17,570 nt of DNA from Candidatus Methanomethylicia archaeon (GTDB taxonomy: Archaea; Thermoproteota; Methanomethylicia; CALHIW01): positions 1-17,570 of the forward strand of contig JAWBQF010000043.1 of the NCBI GenBank assembly GCA_038845975.1. Direction: 5' to 3'. Made by a program: the position numbers and the translations under genes. Within the stretch, counting starts at the first letter, position 1; each line of letters opens with the position of its first letter. Shown piece by piece: positions 1 to 7,846 of this stretch. Under the pieces are notes generated by a model. The model did not search any database and was not told the origin of the DNA. It saw only the letters and a list, made by a program, of their open reading frames with translations.

Positions 1-342
1 AGTGCAGGCGTCTTAAGTTTTATTAATTGAAGAAGATAAATTTATAGCATTTAGTTAGAATGAAAAATGGTTAAAACTTCATTTAGTAAGAATATTAATG
101 CTAATGCTTAAACTATTACTTTTATAATGTTCTTCTATCATTACATAAGATTTGCATAACCATCGCTCATAAAGCTTTTCTATCTTTAAAATAAGCTTCA
201 ATTAATTTTTGTTCCTTTTAATTTTTCAGATTTTTTACTACTTTCAATTGAAAACAGATTTTTAAACAATAATTATATTTTCAAACGAAGTTTTATATTT
301 ATTATACGTACGTAAAATATTTTTTAAGAGTAAAATTCAAAA

Positions 343-356
343 GAAAAATTTAAAAG
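343..356 (+). promoter_or_regulatory. Archaeal BRE+TATA promoter of tRNA-Pro
   Basis: GAAAAA-TTTAAAAG ending ~29 nt upstream of the mature tRNA 5' end; the same pattern recurs before other genes in the window. Confidence 0.55.
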
Positions 357-384
357 CTAACTTTTAAATACTTCTAAAATAGAA

Positions 385-509
385 GGGGCTGTCGGCTAGA
401 TCTCAGCCTTAAAAAGGCTGCGAGGCAAATCTGGTCTAGGCTACGTGGCTTGGGAGTTAAAAGCCGAGAACCCACGTGATCGCCGGTTCAAATCCGGCCA
501 GCCCCACCA
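385..509 (+). tRNA. tRNA-Pro(TGG) with two introns (400-429 at position 15/16; 455-470 at position 37/38), CCA encoded
   Basis: Acceptor stem GGGGCTG(385-391)/CAGCCCC(499-505)+ACCA; T arm GCCGG-TTCAAAT-CCGGC; D stem GGCT/GGCT; anticodon stem CGTGG/CCACG with loop CT-TGG-G|C. Removing both inserts gives a typical archaeal tRNA-Pro. The 37/38 intron forms a BHB (CTTG:CGAG helix, bulges GG|A and AA|C). Confidence 0.93.
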
Positions 510-733
510 TAACTTTAGATAAAAGCTAAAATTAGTTTTATATCTTCACAAAACTTCTGAAAAACAAGAATTTACCTATTTTAATTCTATCAAAAGTAAA
601 GTAAAGGAAAGCTAGGAATTTAATTTATATTATTCCTTAGTTAGAATAATAAAATCCTAAAAGTAAATGTAATATTCACTTTATTTCGGTTCTCTTCAAT
701 TATTTAATTCTATATTTGAATACTGAGATTAAA

Positions 734-1918
734 TTAATATTGAATTGGATACTTTCCATAAATTCTTGCCGCTTCCACAATCGCTTTTATATTTTCAGGT
801 GGTGTATAAGCTCCAACCTCACAAGGAGTCATTACAACTGCTGTCGTGTAAGGTGTCGTATGCTTAATGAAAGTTTTAACCATAGCTTTCACTTCGTCTG
901 GTGTTCCATGCATAAGCAATTGTGTAGTTGGAGAACTCATTGAGCATCTTCTGCCCTTAAATTGTTTAGCAACCCATTTAAACCATTCTGGCCAATCCAT
1001 TTTATATTGCCTTAATGGTGTGTCAAATTGCACAGCCTTGACTGGAATACGCGTGGCCAATCGAATTATTGTTTCTTTTAGGTTCATTCCGCATACATGC
1101 CAAAAAATGTTTTCAAAAATTCTCCTAGCTTTTTCAACAAATATTTCATCATATTCCCCGAATTCCTCCCAATGTTTCGGTCCCCAAGTTCGTCCTCCAC
1201 CCCAACAACAGAAAAATTTGCAACCATTTTTGGCTGCGAACTCTTTATAACTGTCTAAAGCAGCTAACCTTTCTTGTAGAACTAAATCCATATAATCATG
1301 CATTTTTTGCTTCGGTTCAGTTATCATCCACTTTAAGAATCTTTGAACTTCAACTATTGTTTCAGCGTGATTACTTGGAGTTGCAGCTCCAGTGATAATG
1401 GGTACAAAATTATTCATACCTTTTTGAAATTCTAAAAGTTGTTGTAAATGAGGTATAAAATAATCAGCTGCATGACCGTAACCGTATTTCTCCCAAACTT
1501 TATCTTGAAAAAGTTTTATCGCTTCATCAAGCGTTGTTACAACTGGTTTAAAAACTATATAGTCTTTTGGACCCCTAATAATATAATGTTCCTTTCTTTT
1601 TTCTGGAGGTATTAAAGGATCAAGCTCTTCAGAAAGATCAACATACTGCCATATAGCATCCCATCGAAATTCAACCCAAGTTTTAATTAACGCATGCGTT
1701 CTTTTTGCAACAGCATTTTCTCCTTCAAAAATCTCCCATGCCGTATAACCTTGATAATAACAGCACCAATAATCAGCTTCTGGCGCCACCGGAACTATAT
1801 CTGGTTCTTCTAAGTTAAACGCTTTTTCCATTCTTTCCCAATGCGTCATTTTACCAATATTTTCTATACCCTTAAGTCTTTCGATCCATTCCTTAACAGA
1901 AAGTAATTCTCTAGTCAT
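734..1918 (-). CDS. Uroporphyrinogen decarboxylase-superfamily (MtaA/CmuA/MtvB-like) Zn-dependent corrinoid methyltransferase
   Basis: 394 aa; N-terminal 'ERMEKAF..EEPDIVPV', H274-V-C276 ... C366 Zn triad, 'LLMHGTPDEV' and C-terminal 'TPPENIKAIVEAARIYGKYP'; 4 nt downstream of a corrinoid protein gene whose stop overlaps a GGTGA RBS. Confidence 0.85.
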   Translation of the reverse strand: MTRELLSVKEWIERLKGIENIGKMTHWERMEKAFNLEEPDIVPVAPEADYWCCYYQGYTAWEIFEGENAVAKRTHALIKTWVEFRWDAIWQYVDLSEELDPLIPPEKRKEHYIIRGPKDYIVFKPVVTTLDEAIKLFQDKVWEKYGYGHAADYFIPHLQQLLEFQKGMNNFVPIITGAATPSNHAETIVEVQRFLKWMITEPKQKMHDYMDLVLQERLAALDSYKEFAAKNGCKFFCCWGGGRTWGPKHWEEFGEYDEIFVEKARRIFENIFWHVCGMNLKETIIRLATRIPVKAVQFDTPLRQYKMDWPEWFKWVAKQFKGRRCSMSSPTTQLLMHGTPDEVKAMVKTFIKHTTPYTTAVVMTPCEVGAYTPPENIKAIVEAARIYGKYPIQY

Positions 1919-1922
1919 TTAA

Positions 1923-2591
1923 TCACCATTTTCCTTTTTCTCTTAATAGCTTTTTTATTCCTTCAACAGCCTCCCAAGCATCATTCCAACCTCCATCTGC
2001 TCCCAGTTCTATTGCTTTTTTGCATTCAACAGCTGGTCCCCCGCAAACAATTACTACTTTATCTCTTAATCCTGCATTCTTTAATGTTTCGATAACTTTT
2101 GGAATATTATAAAAAGTTTCGCTCATATAAGTTCCAAGCCCTACAATATCAGCATTATATTCTTTAATAGCCTCCACAAACTTTGTTGGAGGAACATCAA
2201 CTCCTAAATCTATCACTCTTAATCCAAGCTCCGCCGTAAATATAGCTTTTGCTACACTTTTTCCGATTGTATGAATATCACCAAATATAGTTCCAATTAC
2301 CATTGTTCCTGTAAACACATTTTCACTTTTCTTAGCTATTAAAATCGGTTCTATTATTTCCATTCCGGTATAAAATGCATCAGCTGCTACTAGGACTTCT
2401 GGCATAAAAAATTCTAATTCACTCCATTTTTTACCTACAATCTTCATTCCTTCAGCAAGCGCACGAAGAACATCAACAGGATTCATTCTTACTTCTATAG
2501 CTTCTTGCGCTGCCTTCCTAACTGCTTCATTATCTAATGAGACTATTCCATTAATTAATTGTTCTTTAATTTTTTCGAATTTTTCATTCAA
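1923..2591 (-). CDS. Methyltransferase corrinoid (B12-binding) protein, MtaC/MttC/MtvC-like
   Basis: 222 aa; helical cap domain ('LAEGMKIVGKKW..EFFMPEVLVAADAF'), DxHxxG motif 'DIHTIG', 'VIDLGVDVP', 'CGG'; TTG start. Confidence 0.92.
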   Translation of the reverse strand: MNEKFEKIKEQLINGIVSLDNEAVRKAAQEAIEVRMNPVDVLRALAEGMKIVGKKWSELEFFMPEVLVAADAFYTGMEIIEPILIAKKSENVFTGTMVIGTIFGDIHTIGKSVAKAIFTAELGLRVIDLGVDVPPTKFVEAIKEYNADIVGLGTYMSETFYNIPKVIETLKNAGLRDKVVIVCGGPAVECKKAIELGADGGWNDAWEAVEGIKKLLREKGKW

Positions 2592-2629
2592 TTCCTATTT
2601 TGCCCCTAATTATTTGAGTTCTACTTTTA

Positions 2630-2644
2630 GTATATAACCTTTTA
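2630..2644 (-). promoter_or_regulatory. Putative BRE+TATA promoter of the corrinoid/methyltransferase operon
   Basis: Minus strand TAAAAGG-TTATATAC, ~39 nt upstream of the start codon. Confidence 0.45.
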
Positions 2645-2730
2645 TGAGTGAAATGGAAAACTTTTGACTTTAAACAGCTTAAGCTTGAAAGTTAAAAATT
2701 TAGGTGTCTTAAAGAATCAAATCTAAAAGA

Positions 2731-2745
2731 GAAAAACCTTAAATA
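2731..2745 (+). promoter_or_regulatory. Putative BRE+TATA promoter of the gfo-pfkB-aor-rpe operon
   Basis: GAAAAAC-CTTAAATA; RBS AGGAGGG at 2785-2791 before TTG 2803. Confidence 0.5.
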
Positions 2746-2802
2746 GCTCTTGTAAGAAGACTTTTTTATGGGGCTATGTTTTTTAGGAGGGTTTAAGTTT
2801 AA

Positions 2803-4059
2803 TTGGAAAGATTAAAAGTTGGTTTTATAGGAACAGGTTTTGTAAGCGTTTTTCATGCTAGAGCTTTTGTTACTGTAAGAAATGCTGAAATAACTGGTGT
2901 CTGTTCAAGAACAGAGGAAAAGGGAAAAGAATTTGCTGCTTTCTGTGAAAATCTTAGAATTGGGAAACCTAAAGTTTATACTGATTTGGCGGAAATGGTG
3001 AGAGACCCTAATGTTGATGCGGTTTGGATATGCAACCCTAACTTCCTTAGAGTGAACACTGTTAAAACAATAGTTGAAGAAGTTACTCAAGGTAAAGCTG
3101 AATTAAAGGGTGTTTGTTGTGAAAAACCATTAGCACGAAACGTAAAAGAGGCTAAGGAAATTGTGAATCTTATCGAAAAGGCTGGTATACCTCATGGATA
3201 TCTAGAAAATAACGTTTTTATGCCATCTGTTGTGAGAGGGAAAGAAATTATATGGAGGCGAGGAGCTGCCATAGCGGGAAGACCGTATTTAGCTAGAGCT
3301 GCTGAAGAGCATTCTGGCCCGCATTCTTCATGGTTCTGGATTGGCAAAAACACTGGCGGTGGAGTTGCTATGGATATGATGTGTCATAGCCTTGAAGCTG
3401 CACGCTTTCTATTAACTAGTCCAGATGAAGAGAAAGAAGCCCTCACACCTAGAACAGTTAGTGCTGAAATGGCTACCTTAAAATGGGCTACACCAAAATA
3501 TGTAAAAATTCTTAAAGAAAAATGGAAAGGGGAAGTAGATTATGTTAAAGAACCTGCAGAAGATTATGCTAGATCAAGTGTTATTTACGAGACGAGGAAT
3601 GGAGAAATATTAATTACTGAAACGATAAATTCTTGGAGTTTCATGGGACCAGGGATGCGTCTCCTTTTTGAGTTAATTGGACCTGAATATATGATGTACA
3701 TAAATGATCAACAACCATATCTTCATGTATTCTTTAGTCGTGAAGTTAAAGGACCTGCTGGAGAAGACTTTATGGAGAAACAATTGGCTGAACAGGGATT
3801 AATGCCAGTTTTAGATGATGAAAGCTTTGTATATGGTTATCAATGGGAAGATCAACATATGGTTAATTCATTTCTTGATGGAAAAATGCCTCGAGAAAAT
3901 TGGTATGATGGTTTGTTTATAGTAAAGTTACTTATGGCATGTTATATGTCAGCGGAAAGCGGGAGAAAGCTTAGATTTCCACCAGAAGGTATAGAGGATT
4001 TCATACCGAAGGTTCAACAAGGAACGTATAATCCTAGATCTGTTCTTGAAGGAGTATAA
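2803..4059 (+). CDS. Gfo/Idh/MocA-family NAD(P)-dependent sugar/polyol oxidoreductase
   Basis: 418 aa; Rossmann 'VGFIGTGFVS', 'CEKP' motif, 'GGGVAMDMMCH'. Confidence 0.9.
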   Translation: MERLKVGFIGTGFVSVFHARAFVTVRNAEITGVCSRTEEKGKEFAAFCENLRIGKPKVYTDLAEMVRDPNVDAVWICNPNFLRVNTVKTIVEEVTQGKAELKGVCCEKPLARNVKEAKEIVNLIEKAGIPHGYLENNVFMPSVVRGKEIIWRRGAAIAGRPYLARAAEEHSGPHSSWFWIGKNTGGGVAMDMMCHSLEAARFLLTSPDEEKEALTPRTVSAEMATLKWATPKYVKILKEKWKGEVDYVKEPAEDYARSSVIYETRNGEILITETINSWSFMGPGMRLLFELIGPEYMMYINDQQPYLHVFFSREVKGPAGEDFMEKQLAEQGLMPVLDDESFVYGYQWEDQHMVNSFLDGKMPRENWYDGLFIVKLLMACYMSAESGRKLRFPPEGIEDFIPKVQQGTYNPRSVLEGV

Positions 4060-4159
4060 GCTTTTGTTAGTTACTTAAAACCACAACTTTTATTTTTTCC
4101 ACTATAGTACTATAAAGATGAATACGGTTACTTTATTTGTTCATTAGGTGCATAAACTT

Positions 4160-5260
4160 ATGGATCTTACAGAGATTGTTAAAAAGATACGAGCGCCAGA
4201 CCGAAAACCAGATGTGACAGTAATGCATGATTTCTTTCTTGACCACTTTGTCACTTATATTGGAAATGGAGGAACATTTGAATCATATATTAAAAAAATA
4301 AACGAGCTTGCAAAGTTTGGTGGAGGAGAAATTTCAGAGACAAAACAGCAAATATTAAGGGGGGGGAAAGGCTTTAACGCATCCTCGGCATTAGCTTCTT
4401 TAGGAGCTCATGTCCATTATATAGGAAAAACAAGCAAGTTAGGTTTATATTTAATGCAGTTCTTCGCTAAAGGAAAAGATATAGATTTAACTCATGTGAA
4501 AACTACTGGAGAAATGGCAATGACCGTAGCAATAGAACTTAAATATAGTGATAGAATAGTGAATTTAATGTTTAATTATCCTGGATCTGTAGCTGATTTC
4601 AGCTTTGAGGATCTTGAACCTGAAGATTTAAATGTAATAAGAGAAACCGAATATCTTTTATTAACCCAGTGGAGTATGAATACAAGAGGCACAGAACTGG
4701 CGGAAAAAATTTTTGAAATACCTAAGTCTGGTTGCCGAAAATTTTTTGATCCTGGAGATCCTATAAAAAGGAAAGGAGAAATTAAAGAGCTTATTGAACG
4801 TGTTTTTATTCCAAAAAAATTTGATGTACTTGGTGTTAACGAAGGAGAAGCGATATGGTTCGCCTCTTACTTTGATGAAAAATATCTAGATATGGTAAGA
4901 CAAATGAGAATAGAAGAGTTAGGAATTGAATGCGCTAAATGCCTTAGGGATGAGCTTAATATAAGAGTTGATCTTCATACTCCATATTTTTCAGCCTCAA
5001 TAGGTAGGGATGGAGAATGGTTTGTTCCAACCTTTGATGTTAATGTTTTAAGAGTTACTGGAGCAGGAGATGCATGGCAAGCTGGAAACGCTTATGGCGA
5101 ATTAATAGGGCTTGAGCCTGAAGAACGCCTCTTACTGGCTAATGCTACTGCAGCATATTATATCTCTAACCCAAAAGGTGAGCATGGTACTCTTCAAGAA
5201 ATAAAGAAGTTTATAATAAGCACTAAGTTACGTCCATTAAAAATTTATAGAAAGAGTTAG
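4160..5260 (+). CDS. PfkB/ribokinase-family carbohydrate kinase
   Basis: 'GGKGFNASSALASLGA' signature, 'FFDPG', 'NEGEA', anion-hole 'TGAGDAW'. ATG 4160 is preferred (AGGTG RBS at 4146-4150); the ORF track extends to GTG 4148. Confidence 0.88.
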   Translation: MDLTEIVKKIRAPDRKPDVTVMHDFFLDHFVTYIGNGGTFESYIKKINELAKFGGGEISETKQQILRGGKGFNASSALASLGAHVHYIGKTSKLGLYLMQFFAKGKDIDLTHVKTTGEMAMTVAIELKYSDRIVNLMFNYPGSVADFSFEDLEPEDLNVIRETEYLLLTQWSMNTRGTELAEKIFEIPKSGCRKFFDPGDPIKRKGEIKELIERVFIPKKFDVLGVNEGEAIWFASYFDEKYLDMVRQMRIEELGIECAKCLRDELNIRVDLHTPYFSASIGRDGEWFVPTFDVNVLRVTGAGDAWQAGNAYGELIGLEPEERLLLANATAAYYISNPKGEHGTLQEIKKFIISTKLRPLKIYRKS

Positions 5261-5274
5261 AATGGTGTAGTAAG

Positions 5275-7158
5275 GTGAAAGGTGTAACAGGCAAAGGTTT
5301 ACGTGTAAACCTCACGGATAAGCATATTGAAGTTTTCAAACTCGATGAAGCTCTTCAATCAACATATCTAGGTGGAGTTGGATTAGCAACTAGAATTTTG
5401 TATGATGAAGGAAAAAGAGTGAATCCGCTTGGATTAAATAATCCATTAATAATGGCTCCAGGCCTTTTAGTTGGAACAGGTTTACCAACAGCTTCTAAAA
5501 CTACATTTATGGCAAAGTCACCATTAACTGGAGGTATTGGAAGATCTACAGTTGGAGCTTGGGCTGGAGTCGCTTTAAAAAAAGCAGGATTTGATATTTT
5601 AATAATTAAGGGAGCCTCAAATGAGCCTTGTCTTATTTATATAGAAGATAGTAACGCATCTATTGAAGTTTGTAATGAAATTTGGGGCTTAAATGTACGT
5701 GAATCCACAAAAACAATTAAGTCACGCTATGGTAATGCTGCAACAGTTGTGATTGGACCTGCTGGAGAAAATCTCAGTAGAATAGCAGGGATAGATTGTG
5801 AAGAACGACAAGCGGCAAGGGGAGGATTAGGAGCAGTGATGGGTTCAAAAAAATTGAAAGCAATAGTTGTAAAGGGAACAAAACAAGTTGAATATGCAAA
5901 TCCAGATGAAGTAAGAGAGCTTGCAGTGAAATGGGGAAAAATCCTTAGTAAAGACCAAAAATCAGAGCTTCAAAAAAAATACGGTACTTCAGAGTTTTAC
6001 GATTGGATGAATATGGATAGAGGTGTTTTCCCAAGCAGAAATTGGCAGTATGGATATTTTAAATTAAGTTATGAAAAACTTAAGGATAACGAAAAGTCTA
6101 AATTAGATCCATATTATTGGGCGCCTATTTATACTGTAAGAAATAAAGCATGTCCACATTGCAATAAGCCATGCGGTAGGATATTTAGAATTAGTTCAGG
6201 AAAATATGCTGGAACAGAGCTTGATGGTCCAGAATACGAAACTATTTATTCTTTAGGAGGCGCTCTTGAAATAGATGATATAGAAGCTGTTGCCAGGTTA
6301 CACATGGAATGTGATCTACTAGGTTTGGATGCAATCTCAGCAGGTTTAACAATTGCTTGGGCTATGGAAGCCTATGAGAAGGGTCTTCTTTCTAAAGAAG
6401 ACACTGATGGGTTAGAACTTAACTTTAGTAATGCTGATGCAGCTCTTGAAGTTCTAAGAAAAATCGCTTTTCGCAAAGGAAAGTTAGGAAGGTTATTAGC
6501 GGATGGCGTTAAATCTGCAAGTGAGCAATTGGGTAAACGCTCTGAAGAGTTTGCAATGCATGTGAAAGGAATGGAGTTACCAGGTTATGATGTAAGAGGA
6601 TTAAAAGGTGTTGGATTATCATTTGCTGTATCTGTACGTGGAGCTGATCATTTAAATGCTATATGCTATTCTGCAGAGCTTAAAGGTTCATGGTGGAAAT
6701 TTAGTGGTGTTGACAGATTTTCAGTGGAAGGAAAAGGTTTCATGGTAAAAATTCATGAAGATATAATGACTTTATATGATATGTTAGGATTATGTAAGTT
6801 TTCTAGAGGTTTCTTTTATGTAGAGGAATTGCCTAGTTTTATAAAGGCGGCTACTGGAAAAGAATTTAAAGTTTCTGAACTTCTTTTAATGGCTGAACGC
6901 GTATACAATTTAGAAAGAGCTTACAATGTTAGAGAAGGATTAACAAGAAAAGATGATACACTACCATATCGAATACTTCATGAGCCAATTCCTGAAGGAG
7001 CATCTAAAGGAAGCCTTATTAAGCCATCTGAACTTGAAAAAATGCTTGATGAATATTATGCTGCTAGAGGATGGTCAAAAGAAGGAATACCAACTAAAGC
7101 AAAATTAATTCAATTAGATTTAGTTAAGGAAGCGGAAGAAGTGGGAGCTAATCATTAA
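5275..7158 (+). CDS. aor: Tungsten-containing aldehyde:ferredoxin oxidoreductase family protein
   Basis: 627 aa; 'KSPLTGG', 'GPAGEN', 'RGGLGAVMGSKKLKAI', CxxCxxxC (CPHCNKPC), 'EYET', 'DLLGLD', 'GADH', 'DMLGLCKF'. Confidence 0.93.
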   Translation: MKGVTGKGLRVNLTDKHIEVFKLDEALQSTYLGGVGLATRILYDEGKRVNPLGLNNPLIMAPGLLVGTGLPTASKTTFMAKSPLTGGIGRSTVGAWAGVALKKAGFDILIIKGASNEPCLIYIEDSNASIEVCNEIWGLNVRESTKTIKSRYGNAATVVIGPAGENLSRIAGIDCEERQAARGGLGAVMGSKKLKAIVVKGTKQVEYANPDEVRELAVKWGKILSKDQKSELQKKYGTSEFYDWMNMDRGVFPSRNWQYGYFKLSYEKLKDNEKSKLDPYYWAPIYTVRNKACPHCNKPCGRIFRISSGKYAGTELDGPEYETIYSLGGALEIDDIEAVARLHMECDLLGLDAISAGLTIAWAMEAYEKGLLSKEDTDGLELNFSNADAALEVLRKIAFRKGKLGRLLADGVKSASEQLGKRSEEFAMHVKGMELPGYDVRGLKGVGLSFAVSVRGADHLNAICYSAELKGSWWKFSGVDRFSVEGKGFMVKIHEDIMTLYDMLGLCKFSRGFFYVEELPSFIKAATGKEFKVSELLLMAERVYNLERAYNVREGLTRKDDTLPYRILHEPIPEGASKGSLIKPSELEKMLDEYYAARGWSKEGIPTKAKLIQLDLVKEAEEVGANH

Positions 7159-7183
7159 TATTGCATTTACAGGTGTTCGCATA

Positions 7184-7846
7184 TTGAGTGGAGTGAAGGT
7201 TGGGGCGTCTATACTTTCTGCACGTTTTTCTCATTTAGCGGATGAAGTAAAAAAAGCAGAAGAAAGCGGTGTAGATTTCCTTCATTTTGATGTAATGGAT
7301 GGAAGTATAACTAATACAATTACATTTGGTCCTATATTAATTAAATCATTAAGAAAATTAAGTTGCTTGCCTTTTGATATACATTGCTATTTGTTAGATC
7401 CTGTGAGGTATATAGAACCACTAATAAATGCTGGTGCAGATTCCATTACAATTCATGTGGAAGCTCTTGGAAAAATTATTTGGGCATTAGATTTAATTAA
7501 GAAGTATGGAGTAAAAGCAGGTATAGCGTTATTGCCTGAGACGCCACCAGTAAGCATATCTCAGGTTTTAGATATGGTAGATTCAGTAACTGTAGTTACA
7601 GTTGATGTAATGAAGAGTAATTCATGGGAATTCATACCTGTGATGGTAAAAAAAATTAAAGAAGTACATGAGCTTATAGATAAGAAAATTTTAAAAATTG
7701 AACTTAAAGTAGATGGAGGAATAAATTTGGGGAATGCACAAAAAGTAATTACTGCTGGTGCCCACTCCTTAATTGTAGGTAATGCATTGTTTAATAGCAA
7801 TGATATGAAAGAAACAGTAAAGTTATTAAAAGGAAGTAATTGTTAA
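7184..7846 (+). CDS. rpe: Ribulose-phosphate 3-epimerase-family protein (divergent active site)
   Basis: 220 aa; 'SILSA', 'HFDVMDG', 'DIH', 'HVE', 'VDGGIN'; metal ligands H34/D36/H67/D177 present; AGGTG RBS at 7171. The PGFGGQ loop is absent, so the symbol indicates family only. Confidence 0.8.
   Translation: MSGVKVGASILSARFSHLADEVKKAEESGVDFLHFDVMDGSITNTITFGPILIKSLRKLSCLPFDIHCYLLDPVRYIEPLINAGADSITIHVEALGKIIWALDLIKKYGVKAGIALLPETPPVSISQVLDMVDSVTVVTVDVMKSNSWEFIPVMVKKIKEVHELIDKKILKIELKVDGGINLGNAQKVITAGAHSLIVGNALFNSNDMKETVKLLKGSNC

Noticed and set aside
79-201. 40-aa minus-strand ORF (TTG start, MKLILKIEKLYERW...)
   Set aside because: Short, very AT-rich, no recognisable motif or clear RBS; compatible with chance.
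301-318. Palindrome ATTATACGTACGTAAAAT upstream of the tRNA promoter
   Set aside because: Core is a TACG tandem repeat with no second copy in the window; no function can be supported.
400-470. Resemblance between the two tRNA introns (TTAAAA..G..CGAG..AA), hinting at intron transposition
   Set aside because: Too short, and CGAG/AA in intron 2 are dictated by BHB pairing.
482-733. tRNA 3' end as the integration site of a genomic island
   Set aside because: No integrase, no duplicated tRNA 3' end seen in the window and no obvious compositional break.
716-1250. Plus-strand ORFs 716-943 and 867-1250
   Set aside because: Antisense shadows of the methyltransferase gene.
734-1918. Calling it HemE (true uroporphyrinogen decarboxylase) or evidence of methanogenesis
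   Set aside because: It lacks the HemE 'RQAGRY' motif, has the Zn triad and a corrinoid partner; no mcr/mtr genes are in the window.
4103-4114. Perfect 12-bp palindrome TATAGTACTATA between gfo and pfkB
   Set aside because: Single AT-rich instance overlapping a weak TATA-like element without a BRE; could be an operator but is unsupported.
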